A stretch of DNA of 62,399 bases from Leptospira biflexa (GTDB taxonomy: Bacteria; Spirochaetota; Leptospiria; Turneriellales; DYLW01). Positions 18,843-28,203 of the stretch are shown one piece after another (the first letter of the stretch is position 1; every line of letters starts with the position of its first letter). The translations under genes and the position numbers were made by a program. The notes below the pieces were generated by a model. That model was not told where the DNA came from. It worked only from the letters and a program-made list of their open reading frames with translations, and searched no databases. The stretch is taken from contig DYLW01000013.1 in the NCBI GenBank assembly GCA_020721865.1, positions 1 through 62,399 of the forward strand, in the 5' to 3' direction.

Positions 18843-19286
18843 TTACGGCAACAGGGCGGCACAGTCTTCGCATTTGCCGGCGGCCTGGGCATCCCGTGCA
18901 TAATCTGACGGGCGGCGGGAATCAATATCCACCAGGTTTTGATCCGCTCCGGCTTTGAGGAGAATCTCTATATTTTTGGTCATCCCATTCATGGCGGCAA
19001 TATGCAGGGCATTCATCTGGAGCCGCTCCACCTTCAGGTTCACTTTGGCACCGTTCTTGAGCAGAAGCTGGAGAATTTCCGGGGAATTCATGCCGGCGGC
19101 ATAATGCAGAGCCCCAAACCCATATTTATCCAAAGCGTTCACATCCGCCCCGGCTTTGAGGGAGGTTTTCACCAGCTCCACATCCATCTTCTTAACCCCT
19201 TTTATCAGATCCCACTGGGGATTAGCTGTGATGGTGACGCTCACCAAAAGAAAGGTGACGCTCACCATAATTTTTTTAAATTTCAT
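18843..19286 (-). CDS. Secreted ankyrin-repeat protein
   Basis: Signal peptide, ankyrin repeats (GADVNALDKYGFGALHYAA; ALHIAAMNG...LLKAGAD) and C-terminal CEDC. SD AGGAG, 17 nt after the giant gene's stop. Confidence 0.9.
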   Translation of the reverse strand: MKFKKIMVSVTFLLVSVTITANPQWDLIKGVKKMDVELVKTSLKAGADVNALDKYGFGALHYAAGMNSPEILQLLLKNGAKVNLKVERLQMNALHIAAMNGMTKNIEILLKAGADQNLVDIDSRRPSDYARDAQAAGKCEDCAALLP

Positions 19287-19303
19287 TTAATCTATTCTCC
19301 TTT

Positions 19304-22300
19304 TTATCTGACCACTACTACGGTTCCCCGGTAACGGTTGCTGCCGGCACGGATGGAATACATATACACCCCGCCACGCACGTAGTTGCCGTAATCGTCC
19401 CGGCCGTCCCAGTAGACACTGCCCTGGTTGTACGTATTATCTTTCACCCAGTACCGGACTCTTTTCCCGTCCATGGTATAGATGGCCACCTCATACTTCT
19501 TCGCGGAGGCATCCAGATCAAACGTGAGTTTCATGTTCGCGAATGTTTTGTACCCTTCAGCATAGTCTTTTCCATTTACATAATAGGAGTCTGTCCGGCC
19601 GGGGGTGAATACCCGTGGGAAGACTTCCACATTGTCGATGGGGGCATCTGCCGATTTGGAGAGTATGGTGTAGGTGCGGTGCAGGTAGGTGATATTTGCG
19701 GTGACCGTGTTATCGGAAGGATTCACCGTGCCGCCCACTTTCATCCATTTCTTACGGGTATACTCCCAATAGAAGATAGAAAGGCTGGATTCACCCCACC
19801 CATTGGCGGAAATATCCGCGTCCGAATATCCCAGAATCAGGGTGGCGTCGCTCTTGAGCTGGTTTTCCACCACGGGCGTATAGCTTCCGGATTTTTCCAT
19901 TTCCGTGATGACGTTGAACACATAGTGTCCGCCCCGATTGGAAACGCTATAGGAACCATAGTCGCTTTGCTGGCTGCCGATGTCTGCAAGGATACCATAA
20001 ACCTGGCTGGCAGTTTCTTCCATGCGGATATTGATCCGGGGGGAGTTATCCAGAGCACCGGGAGGCAGAATGAGCCGGGATTTAAAATCGCTCATGTTAT
20101 ACACTTCCTGGGTGGCCACGGCGTCTCTATCCAGTTTTTTATACTTAACCTGATAGGGACCGGGCACTTCGTTTTCCGGGCGGGTAATCACACCCTTGGT
20201 GACAGTGAACGTACTCCAAGTTTTTTTCTGTTCCACGTCTGCATTCTTGAGAAGATAATCCACGCTTTCCAGCAGGGAGCTCGATGAGTTTACTTTTACC
20301 ACATAGTTGCCATCGGCCAGCCGGTCAAAAATATAGGTGGGATACTCTCCTTCTCCGTTTTTCTTGTACACGGAAACTGGTACGGTGGCATTGCTCACAT
20401 CCACTGCACGGGTGGTCCCATTGGACTGGTACAGGGTGAACTGGAGGGAGGAAAGCACGGACTTCATCCCGGCATTGGTGTCCTGGTATTTGGGGGCAAT
20501 CTGCCCGATGATCCGCCCATAGGTGGGTTTGCGGAAATACTGGTAAACCGGATTTCCATTTTCTATGGTGGATTTGGGATCCCCGCCCACTCCGACTTTT
20601 TTTACCCGGGAAGACAATTTCAGGTAATAGTTACCATTGAGGAACGTGGCCGGGGTTGTATTCCCACCAATAATCTCCCCTTTCGCGTCATAGGTATAGG
20701 TCTGGGTGTCTTCCGCCTGCAGGTTATCATCCAGATTCTCCGGAAGGGTAAACGTGATGGTGATTTTATCAATCTCGCCGATGGCCAGACCACCTCCGGT
20801 AAGGCCGGAATAGTCCACCGGAATGCGGAGAGTCTCAAAATGGGTTCCATCCGCACCGTCCGCATCTGCACCGTAGCTTCCATCCTGCGTGTACAAATCC
20901 AGCAGGTTGACACTCAGATTAGAATAATCTTCCGTGGCGGTGGAAATACTGGCCGGCAGGGTGATGACTCCGCCCTTGGAGCTGGATATCGTCACTTTAT
21001 CCGCAGAGGTGAGAATTTTATTCCAGAGGGTGTGGACAGCTCCCGCCCCATGATTAGAAACATCCATTTCAGAAAGATAAATGTAAGCATGGGATATTTT
21101 ATAGTTCTGGGAGCCGTTCTGCAACAGGTACGTGATCTGGGCTTTATTCCCCAGAAGAGAGACCACATAGTGGGAATCCGTGTATTGTGCCAATTTTGCT
21201 ATATCGTTTTCGCTGGACACGTCATACAAATCTGGATCCACAAAAAACTGAGAATACCCAATGGAATCCGTATCCGCATTCAGCAGGGTCAGACGCAGGG
21301 TTTTGCTGGGATCCAATCCGGGGTTCAGGGCAATCCCCTGGCCGGTCATAACCGCATCAGCCTTGACCCATTTGTTTTCATCCGCCTTGTTCTCATTCCC
21401 TGCCGTTGTGAGAACTCCAGAATGGTTATCCGCATGGACAACCAGATCAATGTTCCCGCTGGTGCTGGAAGACTCTTCAATGCGGAACTGGATGGTGTCG
21501 CTTTCTCCGGGACGCAGGCCGTTTTTGGCTTCATAGTCGATGGTATACACTCCGCCATCATTGCCGCCATTCCCATCAGTATTTTGTCGCTGGGTGACAG
21601 TCGCATTCTTGGTGACAGTCAACCCATCCGGGGTATCCCAGCCCGCATTATCGGAATCAAATTTCACACCGGCCTGGATGTTCATGGTATCATCCGGAAT
21701 TTTTATCTTGAGACGGTAGATCACATTTCCCGGCTGGGTAGTGGAGCTGGCTGTATTCTCCACCCGGATCCGCAGAGTGTGGGTACGGGGAGCCCCAGTG
21801 GTGCCATCCACTTCATCCTCCATGACCATCTGGGGTTCCGTGATATAGGCAATGGCGGATGGATCGCTCTGGGCAATTTCAATCAGGTTGGATTCTTCCG
21901 GAAAGGATTTGATAAACGCATAGCCCCCGCCACTGGTTTCATACAGAGCGGACGCCTTGAAAGAAATTTTTCCGCCCAGACATTTCTCTCCAGCTTCACA
22001 GGTTCCGTTATCATTGCCGATGCTATCCCCGGAGATTTCCACCGGTGTTCCGGAGCGGGCAATGTTTTCTCTCAAATCGCGACGATTCGCCATTGCCAGA
22101 TCCGCTGCCACACTGCCGGCATCAAAGAATTTATCCGGCAGGGTGACAGTGATGGTATCGGACTGGTCTTTGGCGATGGGGGTGGCATAGCTAAGCTGGA
22201 GATAATTACACCGGTTAAAGGAATCCGGCTCATTGGAATTCAGGTCATCGGCGGAAATATCCGTGGTGTCATAGTGAATAGCTGTTCCCGCATCACATTT

Positions 22301-25300
22301 ATCAGCGTTTGTACTGGCGGCATTGTACACTCCGCTTTTAGTCAGTTCAAACGCCCCACGGGTGGAGCTCACATTGGCCGCACTTAAACCACTCAGATCA
22401 AAATAACCGGGAAAGGCAATCCGCACTTTGGTTATTTTGTCATCGGCATCTGTGGACTGGTTGGCTACTGTGAACGTGAATGTATTGGAGGAGGATTCCG
22501 CCTTGATCAAGCGGTTGTCCACCACGAAGTTGGATTTATACGTGGGTGTCACCACCTCTGTCTGGGTGGTTTTGCTGGAGCTGGAAAGCAGGGCGGCATC
22601 CGGAGAGACCACCGTGGTATCATTGAAATTCCCGGCTTTGAAAGTCCACGCATGGAACGCCAGAGTGGTTTCATCATGGGCCGCGTCAAAATGGAGGGCC
22701 AGCTTTTTACTGCCCACGTTCACCGGAGTCAGCCGGGCACTTTCGCAGAGCGTGATCCGGAGTTTATGGGGTAAATCATAGTCTCCCCCGTCTCCAGTAT
22801 CCACAATGGTATAATCCCCCGTGGCACAGGAATCCGTACTGCGGGTCAGGAGAGTGCCACCGGCGGTGGATTCCGGAGCATTCGCGGAAGGAATGGAATA
22901 CAGCCGGAAACGGGAGAAGGGGATGGCGGTGGCCGTACAGGAAGAACCGTTATCTTCTGCCACGCATTTGACCAGAGCCGGTGGGGTAATCTCCACCACC
23001 CGCAGGTCGTTATACTGCTCAGCCCGGTTTTCCACCAGAATCACCTGTTCCCAGGGATAGTCCGGATTTCCGGCGGATATTTTATTGACCGATTGCGGAT
23101 ACACATACATAATATGGAGTGCCTCCGGATTGGCCAGACTGAGGATATTCCAAGCCAGACCTGCCTCTCCGGTGCCAGTCACCGGATTTTCCGCCACGGC
23201 AGTGACGTAATCGACTATGGAATGGTAGTGCTCCAGATCGTCATTGGAATCTGCCGTCAGCTTGCCCGTAAAAAGCGGTCCCGGCAGATTGGTATGGGAA
23301 TAGGTGGCGTTGGTGAAAAGATCCGACCAATAATCGGTATACACATTCCAGGTGAGATTCTCCGCATTGGAATGGGTTCCGGGAACGTTGAAACTCCGTG
23401 TCTCTTTGAGGCGGAATTCCAGATTGGCCTGGGATGTGGCCAGTTTTCCCAGAGAGAAATTTACCAGAATATCACTGCCGGAGACGGTCATGGTGGTTCC
23501 CGCCGGCAATGCGTCCACACTCTGGAAGCTGGAAAGATCAAACTCCGCCGGAGGAGTGATTTTGAGCCGATGGATTTTTGCACTTCCGGAATTGGCGTTG
23601 ATGGTCATCTTGAAACGGTGGTAGTCTGTCACCGTGGAGCGGATGGACTGGTTGTTGATCCGGGATGCCGGGTTGCTGGGATCCGTGGGCTTCTCAATGA
23701 CTTCCACCTTCATGGAAGGACGGGTCAAAAATTCCGTGGTCAAAAGAGAAGACGGAATGGCCTCTTTATTCCCGTAGCCATTGCCGTCCCCGTTATAAAA
23801 CGTCGCATTCCACACCCGGGTGGTATCTGTATTGATGGAATGAGTCCAGGAAATGAGAGCGGATGCCGTGGCTGCCGGAGCTAACCCTGGAGCCGTCCAT
23901 ACCATCCGCAGAGCTTCTCCATCGGCACCGGTACAGGGGAATGCGGACGCGGAATTGTCTGCATTCAGAATACAGGTCACGGTCGCCGCCGGGGTGACAG
24001 TCACCGCCCCATCTGCCACACTCACTCCGGAAGGAACCTGGAGTTTGACTTCGGTTACGTAGTTGGAACCGCCACCGGTGGCCGCATTCTTTAAAAACAG
24101 CTTGGACTGGACGGTGTCTGTCCCGGTTGTACGGTATACCACTTTGGGTTCCATGGTGGCTCCCATCTCCGGAGGGGGTTTTTTATAGACAAGCTGATTG
24201 GTCTGGTTGTCCGTATCATTATACGCATCGTCCGTGTCTCCGGATCCATAGTATTTGGTGGAAGGAGCGTACTTTCCGGTGGAAAGGTCATTGGCTTCAT
24301 TATACAGATTCACCACAATGGATTGGGTACCAAAATCCGTGACAGAATCCGTAAAGGTGAAATTGACAACGTCCACCACAGAGGTTCCGTCTGATGCGGC
24401 TCCGGATTTGGGCAGGGAGTCCGCAAGGGCAGAATACTGGATGGTGAATGTCCGGTTGCCGGCATTCCAGGAGGAGGTATACTTACCGGCCATGGAGGTT
24501 ATGGTACCATTCGTGTCTCTCTGGATGGAATTGATGGTGGGTGCAGCGGAAACCATCCCGGCGGGGAAAACCACATCGTATTTGTACAGATTGTTCTCTG
24601 TCAGCGTAGCGGTATTTTTCACATAGAGGACGGCGGTGGTGGACGGTTCTGTGGCGTCCACATCATAATTTTCAGTGGCGGTTTTGGGACCAGTAAAAAA
24701 GGATACCCCGGTTGGATCCGGAAACTGGAGTTCCATATCCAGGGTCTTTGCGGTGGAGGCTTTTGCATACGAAAGTGTCCCGGAGGCATTCTCCAGTTTC
24801 ACATAAAAGGTACCGCTTCTTTTGGTGGTATCCCCATCATTCCCATCACAGGCCGATGGGTTGATGGTCTCAAAGATGCCATCAGCGTTGGTATCCAGAA
24901 CAGAGCATTTGCCATCCGCCCCGCCGGGATTGGTGAGGGACGCGTCCTGGCTCACTGTAAAGGTGATTATCTCATAAGGAGATCCGGTATCCTGGTTGGA
25001 GGGGATGGCTCCGGAACCCAGTCCGGCGTAATTGATGGTGACTGTTTTAGCTACATCATCAATGGTGGCTGTTGTATACGCACTCCCGGATGCAACCCCG
25101 GATACATAACGCTGCGTTGATATCCCGGTTATGGACAGAAAAGCCGGGTAATGGATCACCGTCTGGTTGATGTTGTTACTCTTTCCTCCGGTATTCACCA
25201 GCTTCATTTTGAGTTCGGTGGTTCCCTGGGTGACTTCGTTTGTGTATACTTCCGCCGGGGAATTGGCTTCTATACTCCGGTAAACAAACGCCTCGCCTCT

Positions 25301-28192
25301 GGGATCCGGCGGAGAGAGGGATACATTCCAGCTTGCCGCCGGGCTTTCCTGTCCCATGGAAAAATGGGGACCGGCGTCCGCATAATTGTGATTATCCGCC
25401 CGGAATAGAACGGGGAACGTGTGCAGAGGATCGTTGGTGGAACGGTAGTATTTCAAATCCATTTGGATTTCCAGCGTTTTTCCTTGTTGCAGATAACTGC
25501 CTGCGGGGAGATCAAACTGCATCACTTTCCAGTTATGGCCACCGAAACTTTCCTCCGTGGGGCCAGTAATGGTGGGAGAAATGGCCGTCCCATCAATTGT
25601 AATGTTATGAAAAGTTGCTCCCGTGATGGGCTCCGGATTGAGTCTTTCCCTCAAAGCATCCGCATCCCCGCCGGAATAGGTATCATCCGCTGCACAGTCT
25701 CCTTCATGAGGATCTCCGGAGGGACAGTTGTATACTTCAAAAGGAATCAGAATCTGCACCCTCTCAATAATGTTGGATGCCCCTCCCTGGTTTTTTATGC
25801 GGTACACCCCCTGGGGACTATTATGGTCAGTTCCGTTGGTGATGGTGGGGAAACTACTGTCTACGTTATTCGTGACCAGATTGGGATATGCCCAGCCGAT
25901 GGCATCCGGCGGTAATGCCCTTACAATGGTCTGCAGATTGGCAGCCACCGCATTGTACGCAGCCACATTCTGCTGGGTGGCGTCATCCAGAAAGCCGGGG
26001 GAATCCACATGGGCAGCCCATTGGGCGGTGATCTGGGTGTTCGCAGTGAAAAGCGGGGCTTTCTTGAAGAAAAAGGTGATCCTTTCAAAACCGCTTTTCC
26101 CCGGGATTTTGTATGTGGTGCCATAGCGAACCACCAGACGCCGGGGGGTTTCATTGGGATAATAGCAGAAATAATTCGTACAACCCGATGGATCCAGCAC
26201 ATTGGGGTCGCCGTTTCCATCGTCCGCGATGGTCTGGTATGCTGTGATGCCTTCCACTGCGTTGTCAATCTTCAGGGAGTCCACCATGGCAATATCTTCT
26301 GTGCCGTCGTTCAGGGCAAACTCAAACGGGGTGTCCCCTTCCTGTGGAAGATCAATGATCAGCCGGGTGATATCCGCTCCGTTGGATGTAGCCGATGTGT
26401 AAATTTCCAGAGTGGCCAGAGGATCCTCTTCCCCATAGTAAAGGGGATCAGGGCTCATAGTCACCTTCATGGTCGCTGACGGAGCATCATAGGTTTTTAC
26501 CAGAAGAGCCTCGGAGGACGCCGGGGTGGCCTTCATCCGGTGGGTGGTGGCATAATACACGCCGTCAGAGGTGTCCAGAATCCTTTCCTGGGCCGTATTG
26601 GCAAATTTCTCATTGCCCACCCAGGCGGTAAATTCCTCTCCGGTGGCATTGGCAGCTCCGGTGTTCAGGGTGAAATACACCCGGATATTGGCCCCCGCAG
26701 TGGTGGAGCGGAAAATCTGATTATCCCCCCAAGAGGTCTTCCGCAACCGCAGGACAAGGGTATTTCCGGTATTGTCCGCCGCCTCCAGAGTGAACGCGGC
26801 CACATTATTTGTATTGGGATTGGTGGTGGCAAGGGCGGTGGAAGCATCCGCATTCTGAGCGGTCAGTTTCACCTCTCCGGAGCCGTTGCAGGTTTTTCCG
26901 CTATTGCTATTGCTGGGATCCAGACACACTTCTATGGTGTTGAACACCCAGTTGGAACCGGAAAAACCGGCGGGCTTCTGGATATAAATCTCCCCCACTC
27001 CGGCGTCATTCGCACGGATGGACGGATTAAGCTTCAGCCCAAACTGGATATTGTTGGTACTCGCTAATGCCCGGTTATTCGTGGGCAGCGTCATTTCCGC
27101 CGTGACGGCATCTGCCACCGGACGCACCAGATAGTGATCGTACGCACCCTCTGCATAATCCGTAGTAAATTGTCTTTCCTCCTGGCCCACCATCACCTTC
27201 ATATTCGTATTGAACGGCACCGCCCGGCTGGTCACTTCATACCAGGCATTGGAATACCCAGTGTAATCCACATTGATATATGTCCCTGTCCGCCCGTGCG
27301 GGTTTGGGTTCATGTATATTCGCACCGTGGTACCATCGTGGGTCATCCGGATCCCCACCTCCCGGTCATCCCGTTTGTCCGGAACCCCATCCCCATTGGC
27401 ATCCAGATTCTGTGTGGATTTATCAAAAGTGGTGGAAGTCGCCAGATTAATATCCTGTTCCCCGCCGTAGTAGTACTGCCACATGGCCTCATTGGATTGT
27501 TTATCAAAAAGGAAAATAAAATTATTAATCGTATCAAAGTCATAGTCCTGCCAATCGCTATATTCGTGGGTATGAGAATCAGTAAAAGTGCAATCTGTTC
27601 CATCGGGTCTTTGGGTAAAACTGGTGCAACCACTGGTTGCCGCATTCGGAAGCATTTCTGATATGGATCCGGTGGATGATTCAATCAGCCAGATATTGTT
27701 TGTGTTTTGTGAATAGATGCTACTTCCACCCAAGCGTCCGTAATACCGGATTATCTGGAAACCAAAGGGCTGGCTTTCTGACGCAGAGTATTTTCGCTCA
27801 AAGCGGGCCACTCTTCCTGTCCATAAATTGTACGCCAGATCCCCATCATTCGGCCATCCGGCAACATAAAGGTAGGTGTCATTGGATATGGCATGGCTAT
27901 CCAGATTGCCGGTGGCAAAACGTATGTTGTCTCTGGCACTCCCATCTCCACCGCCATACCCATAAGTAAACCCACCTCTCTCCACATAGGCAAATTTATC
28001 CCTGCCCACCGGGAAATCCATGCACCACTGGTCAGTGGATACACTGGAAGAACAGGTATAATTTGTCCCGTTAAAGTCATCATGGTAATAATCCAGAGCC
28101 AGGGCCGGGGATGCCAGAGCCGTCAGAAAGAGGATTTGTATTACTGGTTTCATTAAATTTTTCATTATTCTTTTCATGTTCTTACCTCTCAT
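19304..28192 (-). CDS. Giant (~2,960-aa) secreted Ig-like repeat protein with a FlgD-Ig/T9SS-type C-terminal domain (paralogue B)
   Basis: Signal peptide (..ALASPALA), about 11 repeats of x-I/V-x-N..N-x-I-x-x-V-x-I-x-x-P, DxDxDG-like loops, paired Cys, and C-terminus VFPRVFTP..IYTMDGKRV..WDGRDDYG..GGVYMYSI..RGTVVVVR. Alternative start at 28177. Confidence 0.9.
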   Translation of the reverse strand: MRGKNMKRIMKNLMKPVIQILFLTALASPALALDYYHDDFNGTNYTCSSSVSTDQWCMDFPVGRDKFAYVERGGFTYGYGGGDGSARDNIRFATGNLDSHAISNDTYLYVAGWPNDGDLAYNLWTGRVARFERKYSASESQPFGFQIIRYYGRLGGSSIYSQNTNNIWLIESSTGSISEMLPNAATSGCTSFTQRPDGTDCTFTDSHTHEYSDWQDYDFDTINNFIFLFDKQSNEAMWQYYYGGEQDINLATSTTFDKSTQNLDANGDGVPDKRDDREVGIRMTHDGTTVRIYMNPNPHGRTGTYINVDYTGYSNAWYEVTSRAVPFNTNMKVMVGQEERQFTTDYAEGAYDHYLVRPVADAVTAEMTLPTNNRALASTNNIQFGLKLNPSIRANDAGVGEIYIQKPAGFSGSNWVFNTIEVCLDPSNSNSGKTCNGSGEVKLTAQNADASTALATTNPNTNNVAAFTLEAADNTGNTLVLRLRKTSWGDNQIFRSTTAGANIRVYFTLNTGAANATGEEFTAWVGNEKFANTAQERILDTSDGVYYATTHRMKATPASSEALLVKTYDAPSATMKVTMSPDPLYYGEEDPLATLEIYTSATSNGADITRLIIDLPQEGDTPFEFALNDGTEDIAMVDSLKIDNAVEGITAYQTIADDGNGDPNVLDPSGCTNYFCYYPNETPRRLVVRYGTTYKIPGKSGFERITFFFKKAPLFTANTQITAQWAAHVDSPGFLDDATQQNVAAYNAVAANLQTIVRALPPDAIGWAYPNLVTNNVDSSFPTITNGTDHNSPQGVYRIKNQGGASNIIERVQILIPFEVYNCPSGDPHEGDCAADDTYSGGDADALRERLNPEPITGATFHNITIDGTAISPTITGPTEESFGGHNWKVMQFDLPAGSYLQQGKTLEIQMDLKYYRSTNDPLHTFPVLFRADNHNYADAGPHFSMGQESPAASWNVSLSPPDPRGEAFVYRSIEANSPAEVYTNEVTQGTTELKMKLVNTGGKSNNINQTVIHYPAFLSITGISTQRYVSGVASGSAYTTATIDDVAKTVTINYAGLGSGAIPSNQDTGSPYEIITFTVSQDASLTNPGGADGKCSVLDTNADGIFETINPSACDGNDGDTTKRSGTFYVKLENASGTLSYAKASTAKTLDMELQFPDPTGVSFFTGPKTATENYDVDATEPSTTAVLYVKNTATLTENNLYKYDVVFPAGMVSAAPTINSIQRDTNGTITSMAGKYTSSWNAGNRTFTIQYSALADSLPKSGAASDGTSVVDVVNFTFTDSVTDFGTQSIVVNLYNEANDLSTGKYAPSTKYYGSGDTDDAYNDTDNQTNQLVYKKPPPEMGATMEPKVVYRTTGTDTVQSKLFLKNAATGGGSNYVTEVKLQVPSGVSVADGAVTVTPAATVTCILNADNSASAFPCTGADGEALRMVWTAPGLAPAATASALISWTHSINTDTTRVWNATFYNGDGNGYGNKEAIPSSLLTTEFLTRPSMKVEVIEKPTDPSNPASRINNQSIRSTVTDYHRFKMTINANSGSAKIHRLKITPPAEFDLSSFQSVDALPAGTTMTVSGSDILVNFSLGKLATSQANLEFRLKETRSFNVPGTHSNAENLTWNVYTDYWSDLFTNATYSHTNLPGPLFTGKLTADSNDDLEHYHSIVDYVTAVAENPVTGTGEAGLAWNILSLANPEALHIMYVYPQSVNKISAGNPDYPWEQVILVENRAEQYNDLRVVEITPPALVKCVAEDNGSSCTATAIPFSRFRLYSIPSANAPESTAGGTLLTRSTDSCATGDYTIVDTGDGGDYDLPHKLRITLCESARLTPVNVGSKKLALHFDAAHDETTLAFHAWTFKAGNFNDTTVVSPDAALLSSSSKTTQTEVVTPTYKSNFVVDNRLIKAESSSNTFTFTVANQSTDADDKITKVRIAFPGYFDLSGLSAANVSSTRGAFELTKSGVYNAASTNADKCDAGTAIHYDTTDISADDLNSNEPDSFNRCNYLQLSYATPIAKDQSDTITVTLPDKFFDAGSVAADLAMANRRDLRENIARSGTPVEISGDSIGNDNGTCEAGEKCLGGKISFKASALYETSGGGYAFIKSFPEESNLIEIAQSDPSAIAYITEPQMVMEDEVDGTTGAPRTHTLRIRVENTASSTTQPGNVIYRLKIKIPDDTMNIQAGVKFDSDNAGWDTPDGLTVTKNATVTQRQNTDGNGGNDGGVYTIDYEAKNGLRPGESDTIQFRIEESSSTSGNIDLVVHADNHSGVLTTAGNENKADENKWVKADAVMTGQGIALNPGLDPSKTLRLTLLNADTDSIGYSQFFVDPDLYDVSSENDIAKLAQYTDSHYVVSLLGNKAQITYLLQNGSQNYKISHAYIYLSEMDVSNHGAGAVHTLWNKILTSADKVTISSSKGGVITLPASISTATEDYSNLSVNLLDLYTQDGSYGADADGADGTHFETLRIPVDYSGLTGGGLAIGEIDKITITFTLPENLDDNLQAEDTQTYTYDAKGEIIGGNTTPATFLNGNYYLKLSSRVKKVGVGGDPKSTIENGNPVYQYFRKPTYGRIIGQIAPKYQDTNAGMKSVLSSLQFTLYQSNGTTRAVDVSNATVPVSVYKKNGEGEYPTYIFDRLADGNYVVKVNSSSSLLESVDYLLKNADVEQKKTWSTFTVTKGVITRPENEVPGPYQVKYKKLDRDAVATQEVYNMSDFKSRLILPPGALDNSPRINIRMEETASQVYGILADIGSQQSDYGSYSVSNRGGHYVFNVITEMEKSGSYTPVVENQLKSDATLILGYSDADISANGWGESSLSIFYWEYTRKKWMKVGGTVNPSDNTVTANITYLHRTYTILSKSADAPIDNVEVFPRVFTPGRTDSYYVNGKDYAEGYKTFANMKLTFDLDASAKKYEVAIYTMDGKRVRYWVKDNTYNQGSVYWDGRDDYGNYVRGGVYMYSIRAGSNRYRGTVVVVR

Positions 28193-28203
28193 GTTCTTAC
28201 CTC
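28174..28203. repeat. Perfect 15-bp tandem duplication at the junction of the two giant genes
   Basis: TCATGTTCTTACCTC x2 (28174-28188, 28189-28203). On the minus strand each unit reads GAGG-TAA-GAAC-ATG-A, i.e. SD, stop and start. Confidence 0.95.
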
